59,356 nucleotides of DNA from Chloroflexota bacterium. Its GTDB lineage: Bacteria > Chloroflexota > Dehalococcoidia > SpSt-223. This document shows positions 46,142 through 55,169 of the stretch, piece after piece (the stretch's first letter is position 1; every line of letters begins with the position of its first letter). Under the pieces are notes generated by a model. That model worked only from the letters and a program-made list of their open reading frames with translations. It ran no database searches and was not told the DNA's origin. The stretch spans positions 1 through 59,356 of the forward strand of contig JAILZB010000002.1 of the NCBI GenBank assembly GCA_023512725.1, in the 5' to 3' direction. The position numbers and the translations under genes were made by a program.

Positions 46142-48174
46142 CCGGCGATGACCTCGAGCGTTCCCAGTTCCAGGCTATCGCCTGCCGGGCCAGCCAGGCG
46201 TTGCCCGCTCGCCGGTTGATAGAGGCCAGCGAGCAGGCGGAAGCGCCCCGCGCGGTCGGCCGGGAGCGGAATGCTCTGGCGGTCGCGCACCGTTTCGCCG
46301 GGCTGCCAACTGGTGGTCGGGCGGGTGCCTGCCAGGGGTGGCGCATCGCGCTGGGCTACGATCCTCCCCTGCCCATCCACCACGTGGAGGAAGACGCTCA
46401 GTTCAGCCGGAAGGGGCGTGACGACCTGCCACTCGAGCACGACCGGAACCAGTGCTCCCGCGCGGGTGGCCTCAGGAAAGGCCCCACCGCTCAGCCGGAC
46501 CGCGCCGAGGTCGCCGGCCAGCGCCCGCACGGGCGGGACCGGGAGGGCAGCGAAGCGCGTCAGCCGCAAGCCGGCCAGCACCTCGCTCTCGGCCGGAAAC
46601 CGCTCCTGCGCCAGCACGGCACGTACCCCCGGCGCGGTCCGGCGCCCTTCTTCGCTATCGATGTACACCTCCCAGATGTCGCCCTGGGGCAGGCGGGGGG
46701 GGAGGTCGGGCAGCACCAATCGGGTCGCCAGGCTTCCGCGGAGGAGGGGAGTGAGGCGGTCGTAGAGGCCACGATCCGAGAAGAGGGCCGTCCCCTGGTG
46801 AGCGTGGAGGAACGTTACAGCCGCGGCAGCGCTCTCGGTCGGGAGACGCGTGGTGGCAGCGGTCACGGTGGCGGAAAGCACCACCCCGCTCAGGAGGACT
46901 GCCAGCGCGCCTCCGGCTGGCAAGGCCAGCCGCGCCGGGAATGGCGAGGGACGGCCAAAGAGGACGCAGCTGTACTCGACGACAAGGGCCAGGAGCAGCA
47001 CCATCCGGGCGAGCACGGCTGCTCCCAGCACGGCTGGTTGATCGGCAAAGAGCAAGAGCGCCAGGGGATACTCGACCAGGTTGACCCCGCTCAGGAGGAG
47101 GGCATAGCCGATGCCACGTGCCCCCGGCCAGAGCACCACCACGGGCGCAAGGAGGTAGACGAGGAACTGCGGGCTGTAGCCCTTGGCCACCAGGAAGAAC
47201 AGGCTGAGGGCCAGCCCACCGGCCGCCACGAGCGCGCGCGGTTGCCAGCGCCGTACGCCCAGCAGCGCTGCGCCGCCGACCATCCCCGCGAGGGCAAGGG
47301 CCAGCACGGTGGCGGGGGGAGCAGAACGGTCGCCTCCCACCGCGGTCGCAGGGTCCAGGCGGGTTTCGGGCTGGGCGACCGCTCCACCGCTGTAGTACCC
47401 CTCCGCCAGCGCCCAGACCGTCTCCCAGCTGCCGCGCGCGAGGATGCTCATCACCGAGGCTCGTGCCATCGTCGGGTTCGCCAGCGCAAAGGGCAGCGCG
47501 ATCAGTCCCGCCGCAAGCAGCGTGCCTCCCGCCAGCAACAGCGCAGCCCGGCGCTGGCCCTGGCGCCAGAGGGCGAGCGCCGCTACCGGCGCCACCACCC
47601 CCGGGATCACCTTGACCATCACCCCCACGCCCGCAGCCAGGCCGGCGAGCACTGCCCAGCCACTCGAACCTCGCTCAAGGGCGACCACCGCAAGCAGCAG
47701 GCTGAGGAGCAGAAAGAAGAGGGGATACCCTTCGAAGCCAGCAGCCCAGTAGAACACCGGGGGGAAGAGCAGCGCCCAGAGCCAGCCCGCGAGGAGACCG
47801 CGGTCCGGCCCAGCGACCCGCGTCGCCAGCCGCCCGATCAGAAGGAGGTTGCCCAGCTCGAAGAGGAGCAGCACCGTGCTGAAGACGAGCGTAAAGCCGA
47901 ATCGGGGGTTATCCCACACCGGCACGAGGGCGCTCAGGCGGTAGACCCCCACCACCAACCAAGGAAAGAGCGGGGGATGCTCCATCCAGAAATCGAGGTA
48001 GGGGTACAGGCCACGGTCGGTGAAGCGTGCCCAGTCCTCAAAGAAGAAGTAATCGCTCCAATCGGCGATGTAGCCCACCGGCCGCAGCACGAGCGGCAGC
48101 CCCAGCCGCAGGGCGAAAAAGCTCACGAGCAGGAGCAGCCACCCCGTCCGGCGCTGGGCAGCGGTCAGGCTCAC
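46138..48174 (-). CDS. GT-C-like membrane glycosyltransferase candidate (YPY.DFWMEHPPL class) with the shared C-terminal domain
   Basis: DRGLYPYLDFWMEHPPLFPW, more than 10 TM segments. The C-terminus reads ...LSVFLHVVDGQGRIVAQRDAPPLAGTRPTTSWQPGETVRD...FRLLAGLYQPASGQRL. Confidence 0.75.
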   Translation of the reverse strand: MSLTAAQRRTGWLLLLVSFFALRLGLPLVLRPVGYIADWSDYFFFEDWARFTDRGLYPYLDFWMEHPPLFPWLVVGVYRLSALVPVWDNPRFGFTLVFSTVLLLFELGNLLLIGRLATRVAGPDRGLLAGWLWALLFPPVFYWAAGFEGYPLFFLLLSLLLAVVALERGSSGWAVLAGLAAGVGVMVKVIPGVVAPVAALALWRQGQRRAALLLAGGTLLAAGLIALPFALANPTMARASVMSILARGSWETVWALAEGYYSGGAVAQPETRLDPATAVGGDRSAPPATVLALALAGMVGGAALLGVRRWQPRALVAAGGLALSLFFLVAKGYSPQFLVYLLAPVVVLWPGARGIGYALLLSGVNLVEYPLALLLFADQPAVLGAAVLARMVLLLALVVEYSCVLFGRPSPFPARLALPAGGALAVLLSGVVLSATVTAATTRLPTESAAAAVTFLHAHQGTALFSDRGLYDRLTPLLRGSLATRLVLPDLPPRLPQGDIWEVYIDSEEGRRTAPGVRAVLAQERFPAESEVLAGLRLTRFAALPVPPVRALAGDLGAVRLSGGAFPEATRAGALVPVVLEWQVVTPLPAELSVFLHVVDGQGRIVAQRDAPPLAGTRPTTSWQPGETVRDRQSIPLPADRAGRFRLLAGLYQPASGQRLAGPAGDSLELGTLEVIAG

Positions 48175-50204
48175 GCCCGCACCTCGACTACGCCAAGATC
48201 GGCAGCATCCGTTCCATCGAGGAGCAGCAGGCGTCGCCCGCTCGCATCGTACAGCCCCGCTTTCAGCCGGTAGGTACCCGGCCCAGGCAGGACGAGCGTC
48301 CGGCGGTCATCTACTGGGGTGGTGAGGGGCCAACGGCTGGTGGGCAGGGAACCTGCCGCGGGCGGGCCATCGTGCTGAGCCACCAGCTGCCCAGTGCTAT
48401 CGTAGGCGTGGAGGAAGACGGAGTACTCCGGCAACGGACGGTTCGTACTCCAGACCAGCTGGACTGCCGCGGCCGCCCCCGGCCGAGACTGCGGTGTAAC
48501 GCGCACTGCCAGGAGGGTAACCCCCTCGCTAAAACGTGCACCCGGCCGTTCTTCCAGCGCCCCAGCAGGCACGAAGCGCAGAATGCGGGCGTTGGGCAGC
48601 CATTGCTCGCCGAGGGGGAACAGCCAGCCTGCCAGGAGCTGGGTCGCCCGCTGGTGCGGCTCACGGTCGGCTGGGGTGCCCGCGAAGACGAGTGCCACTG
48701 GCTCCTCACCCAGGCCAGCCCACTGCCGGGAGGAGCCGCTTGGGTCGATGAGCACCACACGTTGCCGGAGGCCAAGGTAAGGCCGCAGCTCACGGTAGAG
48801 GGTGGGGTCGGTCACGACCACCGTTCCACCCACGGCGGCCAGCGTCTCGCGGAGTTCGCGGTAGGGGCTCGCCTCTGCCCGGCCGTGGTAGTAGGTCCAG
48901 CCCATCGCGACCACAACCCCTACGACCAGCGCAGTGGCCGCAGCCGCCGCCAGCCGGCGGAGGACTGGCGGCACTCCTCGCGGCCGTACGTGCATCCAGC
49001 ACTCACCCACGAGGGCCAGCAGCAGCGCCGTCCGCAGCAGCACCAACGCAGTCAGGATGCCACCGTGCTCGCCCAGCATCGCCAGCCAGAACGGCCACTC
49101 CAGCAGGTTGACGGTCGAGAGGAGCAGCGCGTAGGCCATCCCGCGGAGATCCGGCCAGAGCAACGGCAGCAGGGCGAGGGGGTAGACGACAAACTGCGCG
49201 CTCCAGCCCTTGGCGGCAAGGAGCACGAGCAGGAGGCTCAGCGTCGCGAGCGTCACCACTGTCAGTGGCTTGCGCCAATCATGGCGGCGGGCAAGGGCCA
49301 GCGCGATCAGTCCTCCCGCGGCGAGGGAGAGGAGAGTCCAGGGGAAGCGGGCAGGGTGCTGCGGCTGGTAGGCAGCCAGCGCATCGAAGCGTCGATCGAG
49401 GGGGGCGACCATCCCGCCACCGACATAGCCATCGAGCAAGGCGTAGACTGTCTCCCATGACGAGCGCGTCAAGATACTGGCGTAGGAGGCGATGGTCATC
49501 TCCGGGTTCAGCAGGAGGAAAGGCAGCGCGATCAGCAGCACGGTGAGCGTGAGCGCAAGCGCACACAGCCCGGCTGCGCTGCGCCGTTGGTGCCAGAAGG
49601 CGACCACCACCGCCGGAGCGATTGCGATCGGCAGCACCTTGTACTGGAACCCCAGGCCAAGCGCGACGCCGGCCAGCAGCGCGCGCCAGCGTACTCCCCG
49701 CTCGCTCGGCAACGCCAACCAGAGGGCGAACAGGAGTGCGAGCACTGCCGGCCCATCGTAGCCAGCGAGGAAAAAGTAGAGCGGCAGGAGGAGCGAGGCC
49801 CACGCCGCCGCCGCCAGGAGCGCCAGCGGCTGACCCCAAAGGCGACGCCCGATGAGCCCTATCAGGGCGAGAGTAAGCAGGTCAGCCAGCCAGAGCGGAA
49901 GTCCAGTGGTCAGGCTGAACCACAGGGTCGGATCGCGCCAGGGAGGCAGCCACTGGGCAAGCCAGTAGCTGACGACTCCAAAGAGGGGCAGCAGCGGGGG
50001 GTATTCCATCCAGAAGTCGCGGTACGGGAAGTAGCCGGCGTCGACGTAGCGCAACCAGCCAGCGAAGAAGTAGCGCTCCGACCAGTCGACCACATAGCCA
50101 CCCGGGCGCCAGCTCACCAGCGCTGCCAGCCGGAAAGCCCCCACGAGAGCAAGAAGGGCGAGCAACCACTGCTCTCGCTGCAGCCAGAGAAGCCAGCGTC
50201 TCAC
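48171..50204 (-). CDS. Paralog of 46138..48174 (GT-C-like membrane protein)
   Basis: DAGYFPYRDFWMEYPPLLPL. The C-terminus reads ...YSVFLHAYDSTGQLVAQHDGPPAAGSLPTSRW...YRLKAGLYDASGRRL. Confidence 0.75.
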   Translation of the reverse strand: MRRWLLWLQREQWLLALLALVGAFRLAALVSWRPGGYVVDWSERYFFAGWLRYVDAGYFPYRDFWMEYPPLLPLFGVVSYWLAQWLPPWRDPTLWFSLTTGLPLWLADLLTLALIGLIGRRLWGQPLALLAAAAWASLLLPLYFFLAGYDGPAVLALLFALWLALPSERGVRWRALLAGVALGLGFQYKVLPIAIAPAVVVAFWHQRRSAAGLCALALTLTVLLIALPFLLLNPEMTIASYASILTRSSWETVYALLDGYVGGGMVAPLDRRFDALAAYQPQHPARFPWTLLSLAAGGLIALALARRHDWRKPLTVVTLATLSLLLVLLAAKGWSAQFVVYPLALLPLLWPDLRGMAYALLLSTVNLLEWPFWLAMLGEHGGILTALVLLRTALLLALVGECWMHVRPRGVPPVLRRLAAAAATALVVGVVVAMGWTYYHGRAEASPYRELRETLAAVGGTVVVTDPTLYRELRPYLGLRQRVVLIDPSGSSRQWAGLGEEPVALVFAGTPADREPHQRATQLLAGWLFPLGEQWLPNARILRFVPAGALEERPGARFSEGVTLLAVRVTPQSRPGAAAAVQLVWSTNRPLPEYSVFLHAYDSTGQLVAQHDGPPAAGSLPTSRWPLTTPVDDRRTLVLPGPGTYRLKAGLYDASGRRLLLLDGTDAADLGVVEVRA

Positions 50205-52216
50205 CGTCCGGCAACCTCTACGGTGGCGAAGGGGGCTGAGAACTGCCCGGTGGACTGGCCGCTCAGGTCAAACACGGTCCACGGGCGTTTGCTGTAGTAG
50301 CTATAGACGACCACCCGGAGCTGGTAGCTGCCTGCGGGCGCGTCAGGCGGGATGAGCAGGCGGTAGCGGTCGTAGTACACCGCCCCCTGCTTGATCCGAT
50401 CGGTGGTGAGCAGGCCGTCCCAGGGCTCCTTGTCGACCTGGGCGATCGCCCGACCCTCCGGCCCCCAGAGCTGGAGGGAACTGACCGCACGGAAGCGGAC
50501 GCGGCGCACCTCGATGGGGGTAACTGGCCGCCAGTACAGACCGATGGTCGCCGGTTCACCGGCCGGGAGCGGCTGGGGAGGGAGGTCGTAGCCGACCAGT
50601 TCCAGCTGGGGTCGCCCGCCAGCCGCAAAGGGAATCCGCAGCGGGTGCTGGATCGGCAGTGGATCTACGCGCTGGAAGATCCCGTAGCCATCCTCCTGCC
50701 AGAGCAAGCGATAGAGGGGGTTGTTCCACAGCTCATCAAGGGCGCGCCCGAACTGCTCGGGGGTCAACGGCCAGTAGTCCGACCAGTTATCGAGCAGGAC
50801 GTATTGGGCATCGTGGATGTTGGGGTAGAGATAGACCTCGCGCCGGTGAGCAAGATGCGGCAGCAAGTCCGATTGCACGGAGAGAGAGGCATCCGGAGGA
50901 ATGCGCCTGAACGCTTCCTGGGCGAAGCGGGTATGGTTGTCGATCATGAATTGCTCCGGGTCATGACGCCGGCCAAGCGGCGTCGGCCCGAAAGCGATCG
51001 TGGTTGCGACCGCGGCGATCAGCACGTAGCTCGCGAGTGCATACCTGCCCGCGACCGAACGGAACGGCCGCCAGCGAGCGAGCCAGCTACAGGCCAGGAT
51101 CGTCCCGGCCATCAGGAAGGGGAGAAGCGGCGCGCTGTACTGGTTGACGATGTCGTACTGCTCTTTGTAGTTCGAAAGCAGGAGATACCCGAAGGTCGGG
51201 AGGGAGAGCGCAAAGATCGGCAGGCCGAGAGGGGGCAGCAGCCCCAGTGGCCCCAGCAAGCGCACAAGATACTCGAGGCGCGGCGCCGTCGCGAGCTGGC
51301 TGAGCACCCAGAGCGGCCGGGTGAGCACCGTCAGGAGGATCTCAGGGATCGAATCGCCAAGCCAGCCGTAGCGGACGACGAAGTAGTAGACCGGTGCGTT
51401 CTGAAAATGGGGCACCGCCCAGCCGACGGTCACGAGCAGCCAGCTCGCCCCCACGATGAGCAGCGCCAGCCCCCAGCGCCAGCGGCGCACCACCAGCAGC
51501 GCCACACCAAACGCCATCACGGTGATGGCGATCTCCTCGCGGCAGAGCAGCGCGAGCCCGAGGCAGGCCGCCAGCGGCAGCGGTTGGCGCCGATCGAACC
51601 AGTAGACCGCTCCCAGCAGCAGCGGCGTCGTCAGAGCGATCTCGTGGAAGTCGAACAGGTTGAGGTAGTGGAGAGCCGGCAGCAGCAGATAGGCCGCCGC
51701 CAGCAAGAGAGCCACCCCGGCACTCGCGAGCCGTCGCTTCGCCAGCGCGTAGACCGGCAGCGCCCCGAGACCAAGCGCGACCGTCTGGAGCAGGAGGAGC
51801 GCGCGCGGGTCGGGCCAGACCCAGTAGAGGGGAACGAGCAAGAGGAACACCGGCGCAAAGTGCTGGCCGAGCAGGTTCGCCGAGTACTCGATCATGACGG
51901 TGTTCTCGAACCAGCGGCCCTGGCTCGTGTTCCAAAGCACCTGGGTGAAGATCCCAAGGTCGTAAGCGTGGCTCTTGAGCGCATGATGACGGGTGAGGGA
52001 GAGGCTGCCGAGCGCCACCACGTAGCCTGCTACCAGCAGACCGAGCAGGAGCGGCGTGGCCCGGGCAACGAGGCTCTCGTACCGTTTACTGGCCAGCGCG
52101 AGCGGTCGGCGGAGGAGAGTCAGCACAAGCCAGACAAGCCCTGCTCCGGCCAGGGCCACCGCCAGTGGTAGGAGCAGTTCACCGAAAAGATCGAGCTCGC
52201 CCAGCGACCGTTGCAT
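50201..52216 (-). CDS. DUF2079-family polytopic membrane protein (second copy)
   Basis: HHALKSHAYDLGIFTQVLWNTSQGRWFEN, with a divergent copy of the C-terminal domain (...GSYQLRVVVYSYY...). Confidence 0.8.
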   Translation of the reverse strand: MQRSLGELDLFGELLLPLAVALAGAGLVWLVLTLLRRPLALASKRYESLVARATPLLLGLLVAGYVVALGSLSLTRHHALKSHAYDLGIFTQVLWNTSQGRWFENTVMIEYSANLLGQHFAPVFLLLVPLYWVWPDPRALLLLQTVALGLGALPVYALAKRRLASAGVALLLAAAYLLLPALHYLNLFDFHEIALTTPLLLGAVYWFDRRQPLPLAACLGLALLCREEIAITVMAFGVALLVVRRWRWGLALLIVGASWLLVTVGWAVPHFQNAPVYYFVVRYGWLGDSIPEILLTVLTRPLWVLSQLATAPRLEYLVRLLGPLGLLPPLGLPIFALSLPTFGYLLLSNYKEQYDIVNQYSAPLLPFLMAGTILACSWLARWRPFRSVAGRYALASYVLIAAVATTIAFGPTPLGRRHDPEQFMIDNHTRFAQEAFRRIPPDASLSVQSDLLPHLAHRREVYLYPNIHDAQYVLLDNWSDYWPLTPEQFGRALDELWNNPLYRLLWQEDGYGIFQRVDPLPIQHPLRIPFAAGGRPQLELVGYDLPPQPLPAGEPATIGLYWRPVTPIEVRRVRFRAVSSLQLWGPEGRAIAQVDKEPWDGLLTTDRIKQGAVYYDRYRLLIPPDAPAGSYQLRVVVYSYYSKRPWTVFDLSGQSTGQFSAPFATVEVAGR

Positions 52217-52953
52217 CAGTCCTTGCTCGCGAGCGCGATCACACTCAGCCCGAACGGGAGCGACCAGCGGCGGAGCAGCTGCCCCTCAGCCGCGAGGACG
52301 GCAGTCAGGAGCTGGTTGAGAGCGGGAGCGACCGGCTGCAGGTCCGAATCGCTGCTCTGGGGAGCGGCCAGGCTCTCGTAGACCCGCTTCGCCGCGGCCA
52401 CCGGGAAGAGCACGCTATTCAAATAGCTTGCCCGGCGCACCCGCAGCCCAACTGCAGCCAGCTTCGCGACCAGCTCCCCACGGATGTAGCGGTGGCGGGT
52501 GTGCACCGCTCGGTCGTGCCTGCCGCGCAGCCAATCGTAGGCCGGCACGCGCACGAGCACCCACCCCCCCAGCCGGGTCACTCGCGCCAGCTCGGCCAGG
52601 GCTAACCGGTCATCGCTAACCGCCAGATGGTAGATGACCTCAAAGGAGGTCACCAGGTCGAACGTGCTATCGGGAAACGGCAGCGCCGTGATCGATGCGC
52701 GCACCAGCGGGCCGCCGTTGCGGCAGCGTGCCAGTTGCAACGCCTCTGCCGCGAGGTCGATCCCAACGGGGCACCCGTAGCGCCGCAGGAACTCGAGGTT
52801 CTTCCCGGTGCCGCAGCCCGCATCGAGGATCCGACGCGCTGGTTGCGGCGGCAGGGACGCATCGAGCAAGGCAGCCACTGCCCGGCGCATCCCGGCGTAC
52901 CACCAGAACTGGTCTTCCAGTTCGTACATCCGGCGGTACTCTCCCAGCTTCAT
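52216..52953 (-). CDS. Class I SAM-dependent methyltransferase embedded in the GT-C operon
   Basis: EDQFWWYAGMRR, ILDAGCGTGKN and FDLVTSFEVIYHL. It forms a TGATG overlap with the downstream gene and a 4-nt overlap with the upstream gene. Confidence 0.85.
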   Translation of the reverse strand: MKLGEYRRMYELEDQFWWYAGMRRAVAALLDASLPPQPARRILDAGCGTGKNLEFLRRYGCPVGIDLAAEALQLARCRNGGPLVRASITALPFPDSTFDLVTSFEVIYHLAVSDDRLALAELARVTRLGGWVLVRVPAYDWLRGRHDRAVHTRHRYIRGELVAKLAAVGLRVRRASYLNSVLFPVAAAKRVYESLAAPQSSDSDLQPVAPALNQLLTAVLAAEGQLLRRWSLPFGLSVIALASKD

Positions 52954-55169
52954 GGGCGCACCTGCACCGTCGCGAGGGGAACCGCGTCGCCCATACTGCT
53001 GCCCAACCGCCTCCCGCTCGCGAGGTCGTACATCCCGCCAACGAGCCGGTAGTCCCCCGGTGTCACCGGCACCACGAGCTGGACCGGGTCAGCGAGGCGA
53101 TCGCCCGCCACCCAGGCCGAGGTCGGGAAGAGCCCGCCACGGGGCTGAGCGTCGTACTGCACCACCAGGCGGCCGCTGGCATCGAGCAGCTGGACGAAGA
53201 CGGTATAGTCCCGCGACGGCACCGCATTCGCCTGCCAGACGAGGTCCAGAGCGAGCGGCGTTCCCGGCGGAACGATAATCACCCCTCTCGCAGCAGCGGG
53301 GCGTGCACTGTAGCCCACCAGTTCGATCCCATCCTCCAGGGGCACCCCAAGCGTAACGGCCGGTGGCGGGGGTGGCGGACCAACCACCACGAGCCGTCCG
53401 ATCGTGAGGGAGGTGCCCGTGCCACCGTCGGGCGTGCGGACTGGCAAGCGCTGGAAGTCGGTCACCGGATAGAAGCCGATCACGACCTCGTAGACCCCCG
53501 GAGTTGCCGTGGCAGAGACCGGCACGCTCCGTTCATCGAAGATTGCTTCACCCGCGCGCCAGTAGCGTGTCGGGTAGACGTTGCGGGTCGGCGGGCCATC
53601 CCGCTGGCCGGCCTTCTCCAGCCGCTGGTTAAGCAGGTGGACGAATACCATGTAATGCTCATCCAGGTCTCGGAGTGGCTGCCAGGTGAACGAGAACTGC
53701 ACGTTCTCCCCCGGTCGGACCCGCTGGGGTGCAAAGCGATAGCCGACCAACCGGATCTGCTCGCCGAACACCGCTCCGCTCAGCTGGCCGACCCGCGTTG
53801 GATCGTAGCTCGCTGCCACCAGCTGAGGACTACGCACGAACACGACGACTGCCACTGCTGCGACGAATCCCAGGGCAGGCACCGCCACCCGACGCGACCA
53901 GGAGAAGCCGACCAGGCGCAGCGTCCACCAGCCAAAACTGGCCACGTAGCACAAGGCGTTGACCAGCGTGAGGCTGAGGTGACGATAGTGCAGCGCTAGC
54001 TCTTGCAGGCGAGCGTAGATGAGCGAGTCGTGCAGGACGAGGTTCACCAGAAAGACCATCGAGAGCACGAGGTAAAGCCAGCGCAGCGCTCGCTCACGCC
54101 ACCACACCAGCGCGAGCAGCGGCAGGACGGCGTAGGCATGGGTCTCATGGACGACCGTCATCAGCATAAAGAGCACGAGCCCGGTGTAGGCGGCAATCTC
54201 CAGCGTGCGGAGCTCGTCACGGGTCCGCCAGGCGCACCAGAGGGCGAAGGCCCACCCCAGCACGAGTAGCCCGATCGCGACGAGGCGGTAAGAGAGGGGG
54301 CCGAGGAACGGCTCGGTATCCCGGATCTGCCAGGCGTAGCCCCAGCCGACCAGCCACCAGAGATTGTGGGCGTTGTTGGAGAGGAAGGGGTCGTAGTCGG
54401 CCATCCGCAGCATCTGGGTCAGGATGCCGTCCGCCGTCCCCGCCAGCAGAAACGGTCCGGTCGCCAGCAGTACGCCTGCTGCTATCCCCACTACTCCGCG
54501 CAAGCAGCCAGGCAGTCCTTGCTCACGCAGCGTGATCAGGGCAACGAGGGGAGCAAAGATATCCGCCTGCGGCTTGGTAAAGACCCCCAGCGTAATCACC
54601 CCCCACGCGAGGGCCGGCCGCCGCGCCAGCGCCAGCCAGAGAGCGCCGACGATCATGACAGCGTGCGGGGAGTCGGGCATCCCCCAGTAGGCCAGGTCGA
54701 AGATAACAGCCGGGTTGAAGGCGTAGCCGAGGGAAGCGGCCAATGCCCAGCGCGGCCCGCCGCGCGGAAGCACGAAGCGATAGATCAGCAGCGCGAGAAC
54801 AAGGTCCAGCACCAGGCCGGGAGCACGGATGAGCGCGGTAAACTCGGGCCGGTCGAGGTCGAGGGTCGGCGAGACCCAGGCCCGGTAGGCCCGTGCGCCG
54901 AGGTCGAGCCAGTAGAGGAACATCGGTGGATAGTCGACCACCACCGGACCGTCGTACGCGTGGACCGCGCCCCGCTCCGCGATCACCCGCAACCAGCTCT
55001 TGTACACCTCCAGGTCCCAGACGTTCCCTCCACTCCCAGCAAGAGCCACTCGCACTCCCAGCGCCACGAGCAGGCCAAGGGCAAGCAGCACCCCGCTCTC
55101 GCGGGCAAAAGGACGCGCAGGCGCGAGCGCGACCAGCGAGGGGCCCCGCGGTGGCACGGCCGTGCTCAC
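52950..55169 (-). CDS. GT-C-like membrane glycosyltransferase candidate (DYPPM class; DUF2029/GT87- or ALG6/8-like) with two C-terminal domain copies
   Basis: VWDLEVYKSWLRV...VVVDYPPMFLYWL, more than 12 TM segments, and two tandem copies of the shared domain (IRLVGYRF... and IELVGYSA...). Confidence 0.75.
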   Translation of the reverse strand: MSTAVPPRGPSLVALAPARPFARESGVLLALGLLVALGVRVALAGSGGNVWDLEVYKSWLRVIAERGAVHAYDGPVVVDYPPMFLYWLDLGARAYRAWVSPTLDLDRPEFTALIRAPGLVLDLVLALLIYRFVLPRGGPRWALAASLGYAFNPAVIFDLAYWGMPDSPHAVMIVGALWLALARRPALAWGVITLGVFTKPQADIFAPLVALITLREQGLPGCLRGVVGIAAGVLLATGPFLLAGTADGILTQMLRMADYDPFLSNNAHNLWWLVGWGYAWQIRDTEPFLGPLSYRLVAIGLLVLGWAFALWCAWRTRDELRTLEIAAYTGLVLFMLMTVVHETHAYAVLPLLALVWWRERALRWLYLVLSMVFLVNLVLHDSLIYARLQELALHYRHLSLTLVNALCYVASFGWWTLRLVGFSWSRRVAVPALGFVAAVAVVVFVRSPQLVAASYDPTRVGQLSGAVFGEQIRLVGYRFAPQRVRPGENVQFSFTWQPLRDLDEHYMVFVHLLNQRLEKAGQRDGPPTRNVYPTRYWRAGEAIFDERSVPVSATATPGVYEVVIGFYPVTDFQRLPVRTPDGGTGTSLTIGRLVVVGPPPPPPAVTLGVPLEDGIELVGYSARPAAARGVIIVPPGTPLALDLVWQANAVPSRDYTVFVQLLDASGRLVVQYDAQPRGGLFPTSAWVAGDRLADPVQLVVPVTPGDYRLVGGMYDLASGRRLGSSMGDAVPLATVQVRP